Shown one piece after another: positions 1 to 8,413 of a stretch of DNA of 64,000 bases. The notes beneath the pieces are model-generated. The model made no database searches. It saw nothing but the letters and a program-made list of their open reading frames with translations, and was not told the origin of the DNA. Numbering within the stretch: position 1 is the stretch's first letter; the number at the start of each line of letters is the position of its first letter. A program made the translations under genes and the position numbers. The DNA lies in the IMG/VR virus record IMGVR_UViG_3300027896_005002, positions 123,488 through 187,487 of that record. The stretch is one strand, 5' to 3'. Origin of the DNA: a virus.

Positions 1-44
1 TCAAAGAACAAAGATACAAAATAGAACGCAAAATTCTCCTCAAA

Positions 45-677
45 ATGTTTCCATCCCATAACACCCTACAGAGCATCGCCACACAACTCAAAATGAGCAG
101 ACAAGCCATGAGCTTCAAAATAAAATACTTAGGCCTAACAAACAAATGGAACGATCGTAAACAAGAAATTATAGATGCTAGACCTCCTAAATCACAATTA
201 CTCTCAGTATTGTTTTGTATATACTTTGTTCAAAACACAAATAAGAAATACTATGTCACTGCACATAATTTTTTACGTTGGAGAGAATATCATAGCCGCT
301 TATTAAAAAAAATATTTCCAAACAAAAACTTACAAAAAGACTTCAACAAATATGGACCTGAATCTCTTAGAGTAAAAATCATAAAAGAATCTGCAGATCT
401 TAAACAACTAAAACTACTAAAGAAAACATTAATTAGAAACAATCTAAATTGCTATAACATAAGCATTCCTTTCCGGACTACAAAAGAACGATACATAGAC
501 ACGATGTTATTATCACCACTAAGAAAAAGCAAACATGCATACATCACGTGGAATAGAATAATCAAAAAATGGAAAGCACAACCAGTCAAAAATGGCAAAC
601 AATTCTATTTAGGCCATTTTAGCAAAGAGTTAGAAGCTAAAAAAATTGTCGATAAATTCTTTAAAGGATCCAAATGA
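45..677 (+). CDS. GIY-YIG family homing-endonuclease-like protein with C-terminal AP2-type DNA-binding domain
   Basis: GIY-YIG core reads YYVTAHNFLRWREYH ... H..LL.K.....NLQKDFNKYGPESL.VKIIKE. The C-terminal ITWNRIIKKWKAQPVKNGKQFYLGHFSKELEA matches the AP2 fold consensus. An N-terminal HTH-like stretch is also present. Confidence 0.55.
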   Translation: MFPSHNTLQSIATQLKMSRQAMSFKIKYLGLTNKWNDRKQEIIDARPPKSQLLSVLFCIYFVQNTNKKYYVTAHNFLRWREYHSRLLKKIFPNKNLQKDFNKYGPESLRVKIIKESADLKQLKLLKKTLIRNNLNCYNISIPFRTTKERYIDTMLLSPLRKSKHAYITWNRIIKKWKAQPVKNGKQFYLGHFSKELEAKKIVDKFFKGSK

Positions 678-1345
678 GTAAACTTTATTTTAATGTCGGC
701 GATACAGTCCATGTCAATGTCAGCACAATAATTAATAAACCAGAATTTGATGTTGTTATAACTAAAATAATTGTCCGTTATGGTAAATTTAATGGAGAAA
801 GAGATAACCTAATCAAAGGCAAATTAATAATTCCATATAAATGTGAATGGACTCATAAATCTAAATATCCATGTTTTAACTGCAATAACACTGGAATGGT
901 AACTGAAAAATCATTCTCCGAACACTACATAACTAACATCATCAAAAGATGTAATAAATCAATCAACACTATCAATAATATCTACACTGAACACGAACAT
1001 CGCAATACGGTTTACTTAATGCATAAAATAGACACCGAACAAAAATCTGTATGGTGTGGTACATTATTTGATCTTATATCGAATGTATTGTCCAAATTAC
1101 ATAAGAATATCGATAGAGATATTGATTTATCTAAAGCACAAAATCTCTATATGAAAAATCATATTGGATTGATAAAATCTAATGATCATATTTTTTATGT
1201 TAATAAGAAAAGATTTTCAATGTGGGTAATTAAAAATATCGATAAATTACTTTATACAGTCAAACAAATGGATGATATGGCACTAGAAGAAGACAAACAA
1301 ATAGAAGAAATATACAATAACGACTTTGAATATGCAGAAAACTAA
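674..1345 (+). CDS. hypothetical protein (Cys/His-rich N-terminus)
   Basis: 223-aa ORF. Its start overlaps the upstream stop (ATGA), indicating translational coupling. Confidence 0.35.
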   Translation: MSKLYFNVGDTVHVNVSTIINKPEFDVVITKIIVRYGKFNGERDNLIKGKLIIPYKCEWTHKSKYPCFNCNNTGMVTEKSFSEHYITNIIKRCNKSINTINNIYTEHEHRNTVYLMHKIDTEQKSVWCGTLFDLISNVLSKLHKNIDRDIDLSKAQNLYMKNHIGLIKSNDHIFYVNKKRFSMWVIKNIDKLLYTVKQMDDMALEEDKQIEEIYNNDFEYAEN

Positions 1346-1568
1346 TATTCTAGAAAGGCAAATAAATGAGCACACTCAAAATAGGCATCAAAGTCAAAAA
1401 ACTAAAATTCTGGGTCTGGTTCGACAAAACCAACACTAAAGAAGATGATACAAAATTCGAAGGTACTAACGGCTGGGGTGGTGAAACTAGCAACATCACT
1501 ATTGCTAAATTAAACGTACATCCTCGAGACATCGAAGGAAGAATCGAAGCTGACGGATACCTCTGCTA

Positions 1569-2087
1569 ATGAATTTTCACGACATTATCCAAACTATCGA
1601 TGATTGGGTCGGCGGCGGACTCCAAGGCCAACATGATGACGGTGATCCCACTCCAGATGACAAACTCCTCTTCTACAACACAATCAACAACATACCAATT
1701 AAATACAAACATGGCGGAATTCTATATAGAGGAATTTCTCTACCAAAATCTACTAACCTCAATAACCTCAAAATCTCTGAACTAATCTCATCTTGGTCCA
1801 AATCGCTACAAATCGCACAAGAACACGCACTAAAAAATCCATACACCACTCTCCACATCATCTTCAAAAAATCTATCCACTCAAATCATATTCTCATCAA
1901 CATCGAAGACTTCTACAAAGACTTACCATCTCTCACTAACATCATCCCTCCCAACATCAAACTAAGAATCAACCACTCTACTCGAGAACAAGAAATCATC
2001 TGCAAAAACATATCCCTCTCTATCAATAACATCTACCTCATACATCACCACAACCAATGGCTATCACTACCCCAATTAAATGGATAA
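1569..2087 (+). CDS. hypothetical protein
   Basis: 172-aa ORF, co-directional and adjacent to the upstream ORFs. Confidence 0.3.
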   Translation: MNFHDIIQTIDDWVGGGLQGQHDDGDPTPDDKLLFYNTINNIPIKYKHGGILYRGISLPKSTNLNNLKISELISSWSKSLQIAQEHALKNPYTTLHIIFKKSIHSNHILINIEDFYKDLPSLTNIIPPNIKLRINHSTREQEIICKNISLSINNIYLIHHHNQWLSLPQLNG

Positions 2088-2317
2088 AATTGCAGAAAAT
2101 ATTAAAAGGTTCGAGGTTCAACTGGCCTCACTCAAAAATCATTTGCTAAAAAAATTGGCATAAGCGCTACTCATTTAACCTCATTGAAAAGAAAAAGAAA
2201 AGACCATCTTTAAAACTTATTTGCAAAATATCTAACAAATTCAATATTGATCCAGCTTTTATTGTTACACATACAGATAACTTGCAACTTCTTAGGAATT
2301 TATTAAAAAATCGTTAA
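2080..2317 (+). pseudogene. frameshifted XRE-family helix-turn-helix regulator remnant
   Basis: MDKIAENIKRFEV in one frame, GLTQKSFAKKIGISATHLTSLKRKRK in a second frame, and SLKLICKISNKFNIDPAFIV in a third together give a typical Cro/CI-type HTH. Two frame changes near the aaaagaaaaagaaaag homopolymer run are needed, and the later frames have no start codon. Confidence 0.35.
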
Positions 2318-2439
2318 TACCTACATCAAGTCCTAATTCTTCATAAATAAATCTACTGCGGGCTCTTGCTGACATCAACTCTTTTCTATTTCTTTCTATA
2401 AATACAACCTACCTGTTTCTTATTTTTAAAGCTCAGTAT

Positions 2440-2990
2440 ACCACATGCGCGGGCCCGTGAACGAATCTTCACAACGACGTTAACTAGGCCCTCGCTGGCA
2501 CCTAACAGTACCCCTTCGAGGATAACCCTGCGAATTCGCACGATTCTTAATTGTGGCGGTTACCATAACACCTCTGGGATCTCAGCATTAAGGCAACAGA
2601 GATCTCAAGTAAAGAGATCTCCTCCGAGATCTCATAGGTCTCGGATCTCAAGAATTCGAATCGATGTCGGCTCTGTCGAGTTGAGTTTTTGAGATCCGAC
2701 TCAGTATAAAATTAGACTCAGTGCCATGAAGTAAACGGATTGGAGCTCTTAGTGTAGATAGAGTAGAGTGTAGAGAGCAGAGATAGCACGGTACGCTCTA
2801 GAGAGCTAGTGTAGAGGGATCTAGAGATCTCAGTAGAGCGTGATTTTTGGAGCTATATGGAGAAGGATCTCACTCGAGAGAGTAGTGTGTAGAGTAGTGA
2901 TATCGCGAGATAGAGCGTAGAGATAGAGTGCTTTCTGTTCGACTGCCACATTTAGGCGCTCGACAAAGAGGAGAAGATAGGGAATAAGTG
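2440..2990. repeat. GC-rich non-coding region dense in short palindromes (several GAGATCTC copies; GA-rich TAGAG-like low complexity)
   Basis: No ORF of 60 aa or more. GAGATCTC / GGATCTC recur about 7 times in roughly 300 bp, together with GGGCCC, GAATTC, ATCGAT, GAGCTC, TCTAGA, CTCGAG, GATATC and TCGCGA. The base composition is unlike the flanking AT-rich DNA. Confidence 0.5.
2942..2959 (+). promoter_or_regulatory. copy of conserved motif ACTGCCACATTTAGGCGC (opposite orientation to the other copies)
   Basis: Matches the recurring motif ACNGCCACWTTTGGAACGC. No adjacent TATA element or gene was seen. Confidence 0.25.
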
Positions 2991-3003
2991 AGTAGAGAAG
3001 ATT

Positions 3004-3414
3004 TTAGTAGAGTTTGATGCCGGCTTTTTTGAAGTCCGATTTGAGGACGAAGACTGGGAATAATTCAGGTAGTAGTTGGTTGTTGGTATCGTAGGCTTTT
3101 GTGCCTTTTCTTTTTGATGGCCAACCGACTTTTGAGAAGTTTTTTTCAGTGTAGTTGCCAATGAATATTTCGTTTTTCTTTAATTCAGGATGATGTATCC
3201 TCTTTGAAGTTTTTATAATGATTCTATCGACAATAGCGCTAAGGAGACAAAGCAGAGGGCCAATGATGATGAGGAGTGAAAGAGGACGATATATGATGCT
3301 CGTTATTAGCCAGTGGTATATGATGCCTATTAGAGTGAGGAGAATACCGATTATAAAGATGATTGATGAAAAGAAGAAATCTATGATAATGAGAATTTTG
3401 TTTCTTGAGTTCAT
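3004..3414 (-). CDS. small membrane protein
   Basis: 136 aa with two long hydrophobic segments (IIFIIGILLTLIGII ... LLIIIGPLLCLLSAIV). Confidence 0.35.
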   Translation of the reverse strand: MNSRNKILIIIDFFFSSIIFIIGILLTLIGIIYHWLITSIIYRPLSLLIIIGPLLCLLSAIVDRIIIKTSKRIHHPELKKNEIFIGNYTEKNFSKVGWPSKRKGTKAYDTNNQLLPELFPVFVLKSDFKKAGIKLY

Positions 3415-3420
3415 AGTACC

Positions 3421-3615
3421 TCAGAAGTTCTCGAGATTTTTGAGAATTGTTTCTTCATCCATGTCATCCGGGAGTTCCATATAGTCTGGATTGCTTGGAT
3501 GTAGATGAGAGCGAGCAATGTTTCGTTTGATACGTGCTATTGCGAATATGTTGTAATTTTCCATATTAGTATAATCATGAGATAGCGTAGAAATGGCCAT
3601 TAATTTTTTTAGCAA
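3421..3615 (-). CDS. hypothetical protein
   Basis: 64-aa ORF filling the gap between co-directional genes. Confidence 0.25.
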   Translation of the reverse strand: MLKKLMAISTLSHDYTNMENYNIFAIARIKRNIARSHLHPSNPDYMELPDDMDEETILKNLENF

Positions 3616-3941
3616 TGACAGAAGAATCGTTCGGGAGTTTCTTCACAGTACATTTTGAGGAAGAAGGTGCATTCTTTATGAATTTGGCAGGGTTTGTGTA
3701 ATGATAGTGCTCTTTTGAGTATGTGTTCCATGAGTATGGAGAGTTCAGATCCTTTAAGATGTTTTGTGCTTTCTTCGACCTCTTCTACGCCACCATGAGC
3801 AGAAATTCTGAATTGGTGATCACGCCATGTAAAGCGTATTGCATTTTTTTCTGTTGTGAAGTCGATGTCAGTGATTTGTTTTTGGAATGGTATGATATCC
3901 GGCGTTGTTAGAGTTTTTATAATGTCCGATTGTGAGTACAT
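3609..3941 (-). CDS. hypothetical protein
   Basis: 110-aa ORF in the minus-strand gene array. Confidence 0.35.
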   Translation of the reverse strand: MYSQSDIIKTLTTPDIIPFQKQITDIDFTTEKNAIRFTWRDHQFRISAHGGVEEVEESTKHLKGSELSILMEHILKRALSLHKPCQIHKECTFFLKMYCEETPERFFCHC

Positions 3942-3961
3942 AGTGTTCCTTATAATGTTCC

Positions 3962-4189
3962 TTATAATAAGTCATTAGCTTTGAGATATGTATCGGTAAT
4001 GAATTCCAGAGTGACGTTGCCTTTGCTGTGATTGTATCCGAAGGCAATAGCGTCTCGAATAAGATCTGTTTTTTTAATGCGAAGTTGGTTACGGACTATT
4101 TCAGCATTGTTTATAGCTTGTTGTAGTCGACCTTCGGCAATGTGACGGATGATTTCATCCATTAATGTGACTAATGTTGGTGTTGTCAT
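3962..4189 (-). CDS. hypothetical protein
   Basis: 75-aa ORF. Its ATG overlaps the TGA of the upstream prepilin-like ORF (CATGA). Confidence 0.35.
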   Translation of the reverse strand: MTTPTLVTLMDEIIRHIAEGRLQQAINNAEIVRNQLRIKKTDLIRDAIAFGYNHSKGNVTLEFITDTYLKANDLL

Positions 4190-4338
4190 GGATTGATTCC
4201 GGGGCGATTGCCATAGGGTGCCGATTGGTTAGGGTGATTTACGTGACCGACGACACCAGCAATGGTTATGCCGAGGATAGTGAGGATGACAATGAGTACC
4301 ATGAGTTCGATGAGAGTGAAGCCTTTACGTTTTTTCAT
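4186..4338 (-). CDS. prepilin-type N-terminal cleavage/methylation-domain peptide (type IV pilin / pseudopilin-like), 50 aa
   Basis: Translation MKKRKGFTLIELMVLIVILTILGITIAGVVGHVNHPNQSAPYGNRPGINP contains the class-III signal motif KGFTLIELMV. A GGAGG box lies 6 nt upstream and there are ATGA overlaps on both sides. The segment is locally GC-rich. It is under the 60-aa cutoff of the ORF track. Confidence 0.45.
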   Translation of the reverse strand: MKKRKGFTLIELMVLIVILTILGITIAGVVGHVNHPNQSAPYGNRPGINP

Positions 4339-4622
4339 GAGGACCTCCGATTGAGTAGGTATTTGTGAGTGAAAGCGATAATTTTTGATGGTGATCGAAT
4401 TTCTACTGGGCCATTTTTGGGTACTGTTTTTAAGTAAGCTTTTATAGTATCTGTTAGAGTAGGAAAATCTGGAGATTCTGTAGAATTTTCCATTTTGATG
4501 TCGTGTTTTTTGAGGAAAGATGCCATTGATTGGAGAGTGTCAGTTTCTACAATGAGAGCACATCGTTTGCCAGTACATATGACGGTAGCTTTAGGATAGC
4601 GAATGATTCCTTGTTTAGTCAT
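4335..4622 (-). CDS. hypothetical protein
   Basis: 95-aa ORF. Its stop overlaps the start of the pilin-like ORF. Confidence 0.35.
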   Translation of the reverse strand: MTKQGIIRYPKATVICTGKRCALIVETDTLQSMASFLKKHDIKMENSTESPDFPTLTDTIKAYLKTVPKNGPVEIRSPSKIIAFTHKYLLNRRSS

Positions 4623-4642
4623 TATTTATACCTTATAAATAC

Positions 4643-5074
4643 CTAAGCATTGACTTGGTCCCTGAGTTTGTTGGAAAATCGTTTTGCCTGGACGACAGCT
4701 TGTGCACTTAAAGCATAGAAGACGGAATTTCTGACATTTTTGAGAGCGTCTTCTAATTCTGCTGGATCAAGTTCCTTGAAAGATTCGATGATTTTATTGT
4801 GATTGAAGTCAGGAATATTAGCTACAGAGGTCAACGGATTTTGATGACCGTTATGGTGATGTTGAATGACCGCTGGTGGATGAAAGCCTTTGCGAATTTT
4901 GTAAAAGTATTTGAAATTTTTGGTAACAATGGGTTCTTTATCTTTGGACCGTAAATGATAAATGTGAGTGTAGACAGCACTCGATGTGATGTTGAATCGA
5001 TCCATGAGTTGTTGTTTGGTGACACCATCGGGGCTGGATTGGATATATTCCAGCATTTGTTGATGAAGTGACAT
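4643..5074 (-). CDS. putative winged-helix DNA-binding protein
   Basis: N-terminal LEYIQSSPDGVTKQQLMDRFNITSSAVYTHIYHLRSK resembles a wHTH domain. Confidence 0.35.
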   Translation of the reverse strand: MSLHQQMLEYIQSSPDGVTKQQLMDRFNITSSAVYTHIYHLRSKDKEPIVTKNFKYFYKIRKGFHPPAVIQHHHNGHQNPLTSVANIPDFNHNKIIESFKELDPAELEDALKNVRNSVFYALSAQAVVQAKRFSNKLRDQVNA

Positions 5075-5086
5075 AGAAATACTCCT

Positions 5087-5323
5087 TTATAATAAATATT
5101 TTTCTGCCTTACCGTATGCGTAGTATGATGATGGATGGAATTTTCTCCAAAGTGTGAGAATTCCTACAAAGATCCAAGTTATGGGACCGGTAATGAAAAT
5201 ACATATTTTACGATATTTTGTAAATGCGTTTAGAGGGATAACAATTACAGAGAAGTAGCCTATAAGACCCCAGCAACCGACGCCACTTACAAGATATCGC
5301 CATAAGGGAATTGTTTCGTGCAT
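5087..5323 (-). CDS. small membrane protein
   Basis: 78 aa with two transmembrane-like segments. Confidence 0.3.
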   Translation of the reverse strand: MHETIPLWRYLVSGVGCWGLIGYFSVIVIPLNAFTKYRKICIFITGPITWIFVGILTLWRKFHPSSYYAYGKAEKYLL

Positions 5324-5324
5324 A

Positions 5325-5639
5325 TTATTTCTTTTGAGAAGGTGTTGGTTTAAATTTGATTATTTTACCGTTTTTTTCTTCATAACATATAGGACCTCTT
5401 CCATCTTCACGGACACCGAACATTCCATTGAGAATTCCAAGAAATCCGACTTTTGAAGCAATGTGTGGTTCATGATTATCGACTTGGATTGTTGGATGTC
5501 TCTCGAGGGCTTTGCGACAATTCTCTCTGTGTTTTATTAATTCATTAGCGCATACCGAATCGAGTTTTAAGATTTCATTTAGCAAGTCGCAGACATCTTT
5601 GACGGTAATACTTTTTTTAACGGTAATACTTTTTGCCAT
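5325..5639 (-). CDS. conserved hypothetical protein, paralog of 38070..38381
   Basis: About 70% identical to the ORF at 38070..38381 (shared DVCDLLNE ... ANELIK.REN ... ERHPTIQVD.HEPHI.SKVGFLG.LNGMFGVR.DG.GPICYEEK.GKIIKFKPTPS). The N-terminus carries a tandem 18-nt duplication (KSITVKKSITVK). Confidence 0.5.
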   Translation of the reverse strand: MAKSITVKKSITVKDVCDLLNEILKLDSVCANELIKHRENCRKALERHPTIQVDNHEPHIASKVGFLGILNGMFGVREDGRGPICYEEKNGKIIKFKPTPSQKK

Positions 5640-5763
5640 AATTCACCTTTTCTATTTGCCGGAAAGCCAGCTGACAAAGACTATTGGACCTATGAATAAT
5701 AGTACGATGATGATGGTTGTTCTTATAGGATGTTTTTCAAAGTCCATAAATGTGCAATTATTT

Positions 5764-5781
5764 CCCTCAAAATGTGGCAGT
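5764..5781 (+). promoter_or_regulatory. copy of conserved motif (CCCTCAAAATGTGGCAGT)
   Basis: Recurring intergenic motif, about 125 nt upstream of the minus-strand gene that starts at 5639. Confidence 0.3.
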
Positions 5782-5817
5782 CGAATTGTCTCTTTCTCTC
5801 TTGGCCGATGGAAGTGG

Positions 5818-6453
5818 CTATGCTTCGGTTTTTTCTTTTGCTTCTTTGTCGGCTTTCTTTTTCTTTTCGATGTATTGTTTGGATTTTTCCGCAACCGTTA
5901 TAGTGGCCAGTTTCTTTAAGACGTCGAGGACCTTGGAGTCATTTTTTTCGAAAAGTTCTGTAAAAGATTTTTTGTCCAGGATGAATTCCACAGGTGATTT
6001 TGATTGGACCGAGCATTTGCCGAATTTGGAAGCAGATGTGGCCAAGAATTTTTGGTCCAATGTTTTGTCGATGCCGAAGTAGAATATGCAACGGCTTTTG
6101 CCATTGACTGATTTGCTCTTTTTCCGGGCCTTGAAAGCGATGACACGGAAGTCTTTGCCGGTTTCGGATTTGAGGCCAAAGATGATTTTGCCGCATTTGT
6201 ATCCGAGTTTGGTCAGAGGTTTATTGTCGATTGTAAGGGTTAAGAGATGGCTTTCAAAGTCCGTTACGATTTGTTCCATTGGAGGCCGTTTGTATTCGAC
6301 CTTGGTTTCGTCAACATCTTTTTTCGGCTTCTTTTCAATGGTTGTTGCAGTGGTTACGACTTCCTTTTTCTTTTTTTCCGGTACCGGTTTTTTCTCCGGT
6401 TTTTCTGAAGCAGTTTTGTTTTTGTCGTCAATGACGTCATTGAGTTCGGGCAT
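5818..6453 (-). CDS. lysine-rich hypothetical protein
   Basis: 211 aa with KKPVPEKKKKE and KKKKADKEAKEK tails. Confidence 0.4.
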   Translation of the reverse strand: MPELNDVIDDKNKTASEKPEKKPVPEKKKKEVVTTATTIEKKPKKDVDETKVEYKRPPMEQIVTDFESHLLTLTIDNKPLTKLGYKCGKIIFGLKSETGKDFRVIAFKARKKSKSVNGKSRCIFYFGIDKTLDQKFLATSASKFGKCSVQSKSPVEFILDKKSFTELFEKNDSKVLDVLKKLATITVAEKSKQYIEKKKKADKEAKEKTEA

Positions 6454-6940
6454 GGTAGCTCCTATTTGAAGTGTGGGAGAAGTATAAAAACCGTGCTATT
6501 TGATTTCTGATCCGTTGATCGAAATTTCTTCGATGTCGTATAATATTGATAGCTTGTTTGATGAGTTCTTTTTGGCGGTCAATGAAAGTTTGTCGTATTG
6601 CCGGTGGTACACCCTTCATTCTTTGAATTGTTTTTAAATATCTTTTTCTTCGAGGTAAGATGCCAAATTGAATACTGGTTAATGTTTGCCGATTAATAGC
6701 TCGTTTTAGAATGAGCCGGAATAAGGGGATATCATTCATCGCTTCTAAGATTTCCTTTATAAGACCCATATTATGTCGAGTCATATCATTCGATTGTTCT
6801 AAAGCTTCTAACCTTTGCAAAATTTCAAATTGAGTTACTTGACTACTTTGCTTGGTTTCAATGATGATTTGTGACTTATCCCCTAATTTTGCAAAAATAT
6901 CAGGAATTGAGTCTTTTTTATTTGTAACATTCTTTAGCAT
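6437..6940 (-). CDS. hypothetical protein
   Basis: 167-aa ORF in the array. Confidence 0.35.
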   Translation of the reverse strand: MLKNVTNKKDSIPDIFAKLGDKSQIIIETKQSSQVTQFEILQRLEALEQSNDMTRHNMGLIKEILEAMNDIPLFRLILKRAINRQTLTSIQFGILPRRKRYLKTIQRMKGVPPAIRQTFIDRQKELIKQAINIIRHRRNFDQRIRNQIARFLYFSHTSNRSYHARTQ

Positions 6941-6969
6941 ATTTTTATAATCACCATTAAAGTCGTAGA

Positions 6970-7185
6970 TTATTCACATTTCAACGTTTCCAAAAATTCT
7001 TGAACTGAGTGAGTCGTTTCCAATAAAATTTTTAGATCAAGGACATCATCTGTAGTGATTCTTGGTCCGTCTAAAAACTTCGCATGTTCTTCGGCAAATA
7101 TTATACTCATTGGATTTTGATCTGATATTTGTTTTGACATTTCTGCGTACATTTCACTAAGTCGATCAAAAAAATTCATACTCAC
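6970..7185 (-). CDS. hypothetical protein
   Basis: 71-aa ORF. Confidence 0.3.
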   Translation of the reverse strand: MSMNFFDRLSEMYAEMSKQISDQNPMSIIFAEEHAKFLDGPRITTDDVLDLKILLETTHSVQEFLETLKCE

Positions 7186-7231
7186 TCCCTATTATTATAA
7201 TCAATTAATTCCATAAAGAATGTCCACATAT

Positions 7232-7819
7232 CTACGCTACTTTTTTGACTTTGATCCAGTCATTAACATCGATGCCTCGACTTAAATGTGATTTGTAAAT
7301 GCTGAATTTTTTCTTAAGGACAATGCCTTCTTCAACTGAAAGATTTCTTTTGATGATTAGGTTATATAGATCCAGGAAATTGTCAGTATATTGACGAATG
7401 GAAAATACTTGGTTCTTATTTAATGGAGAAATAATCTCTGGTGCCGTCAAAAAGTGGCTATAGTATTTCCTTCTTTCGACCAATTGTAATGATCTCAGGT
7501 CCTTTCCGTTGTAATAAGGCGTATCAAAAATGACTATAATGTTTTTGAAATCTGTCGACCGGAAATTGACTAATTCACCGTCAAAAACTGTGTCGTTTGG
7601 AATTTTCTTAAAAGCATCGACAAAAACTGAAGAATTAAAATCAATAATTGTTCCATGTCGATTGAATAATTGAATTTTGTTGGCAATTTTGAAGATAAGA
7701 CAACGCCAGCCATTGTATTTTATTTCGGCATCCCATTGTGGATTTTTGCTCAATTTGATAAAGTAGTCCGCATTGGGCCATAGCCGAATTGGTTGTGGCG
7801 GATAAAAAAACTGTATCAT
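7232..7819 (-). CDS. minimal ligase-superfamily nucleotidyltransferase (ATP-dependent ligase-like, no OB domain)
   Basis: Motif I AEIKYNGWR (a KxNG variant), motif III FDGELV, motif IV EGIVLKKK, motif V DWIKVKK. Only 195 aa. Confidence 0.5.
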   Translation of the reverse strand: MIQFFYPPQPIRLWPNADYFIKLSKNPQWDAEIKYNGWRCLIFKIANKIQLFNRHGTIIDFNSSVFVDAFKKIPNDTVFDGELVNFRSTDFKNIIVIFDTPYYNGKDLRSLQLVERRKYYSHFLTAPEIISPLNKNQVFSIRQYTDNFLDLYNLIIKRNLSVEEGIVLKKKFSIYKSHLSRGIDVNDWIKVKKVA

Positions 7820-8019
7820 AAACCGCGCTCAATTTCGATTTTTCTGGCTGCATCTAAAAAATGTGACCTTAAAGGATCAGTTAATTCTTGGGCTTTGAGT
7901 CTGAGTCGACGAACGTACTCTATCGGATCTGTGCGCAATAATTCCTGATTTGATTGTGCACGATTTTTAATGAATTCAGGATTTAAAACAGCATTTTTAG
8001 GGATTTCCCATTGTTCCAT
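7816..8019 (-). CDS. hypothetical protein
   Basis: 67 aa. Its stop overlaps the start of the downstream ligase-like gene. Confidence 0.3.
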   Translation of the reverse strand: MEQWEIPKNAVLNPEFIKNRAQSNQELLRTDPIEYVRRLRLKAQELTDPLRSHFLDAARKIEIERGL

Positions 8020-8029
8020 AAGTACTCCT

Positions 8030-8413
8030 TTATCCTTTTAGAACCTTTTTGTATTTTACAATTTTTAAAATTGGTTTGAAAAAGTTTGGTTTTTTAATGA
8101 TAGAGCCTTCATGAGGCAATAATAAAGCCACTGCACTTTTATGCCGTTTTCCATGAAGATGAGATTCTGCATTTCCTTTTGGCATTGATATTTTACAAGT
8201 ATCACAATAAAATTCATGTTTGGGATCGTATAACGGTTCTTGCAGAGGTGGAAATACTTCATCATAAATTGTTTGAAATTCTGCCCGTTCATTTGCAGTG
8301 CATTCCATTTCCCAAGCATCAGCACCACAATAATCAATTATTCCTTTTGCGAGTTGTAAAGCTCTTTTGAGTTTTTCAAGTAAAGATTCTTTGATTTCGC
8401 CTTGGATATTCAT
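8030..8413 (-). CDS. C2H2 (U1/matrin-like) zinc-finger protein
   Basis: FYCDTCKISMPKGNAESHLHGKRHK fits C-x2-C-x12-H-x4-H. Confidence 0.4.
   Translation of the reverse strand: MNIQGEIKESLLEKLKRALQLAKGIIDYCGADAWEMECTANERAEFQTIYDEVFPPLQEPLYDPKHEFYCDTCKISMPKGNAESHLHGKRHKSAVALLLPHEGSIIKKPNFFKPILKIVKYKKVLKG

Noticed and set aside
2440-2990. Possible CRISPR array in the repeat-rich GC region
   Set aside because: There is no regular repeat-spacer periodicity. The repeats are short palindromes at irregular spacing.
4174-4368. Plus-strand ORF 4174..4368
   Set aside because: The opposite strand encodes the SD-led prepilin-like peptide, which is translationally coupled to both neighbours. The plus-strand ORF has no signals.
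5512-6469. Plus-strand ORFs 5512..5919, 5750..6082, 6086..6469 and minus-strand ORF 5652..5894
   Set aside because: They overlap co-directional minus-strand genes that are translationally coupled. ORF 5652..5894 spans the conserved promoter motif and overlaps the upstream gene end in another frame.
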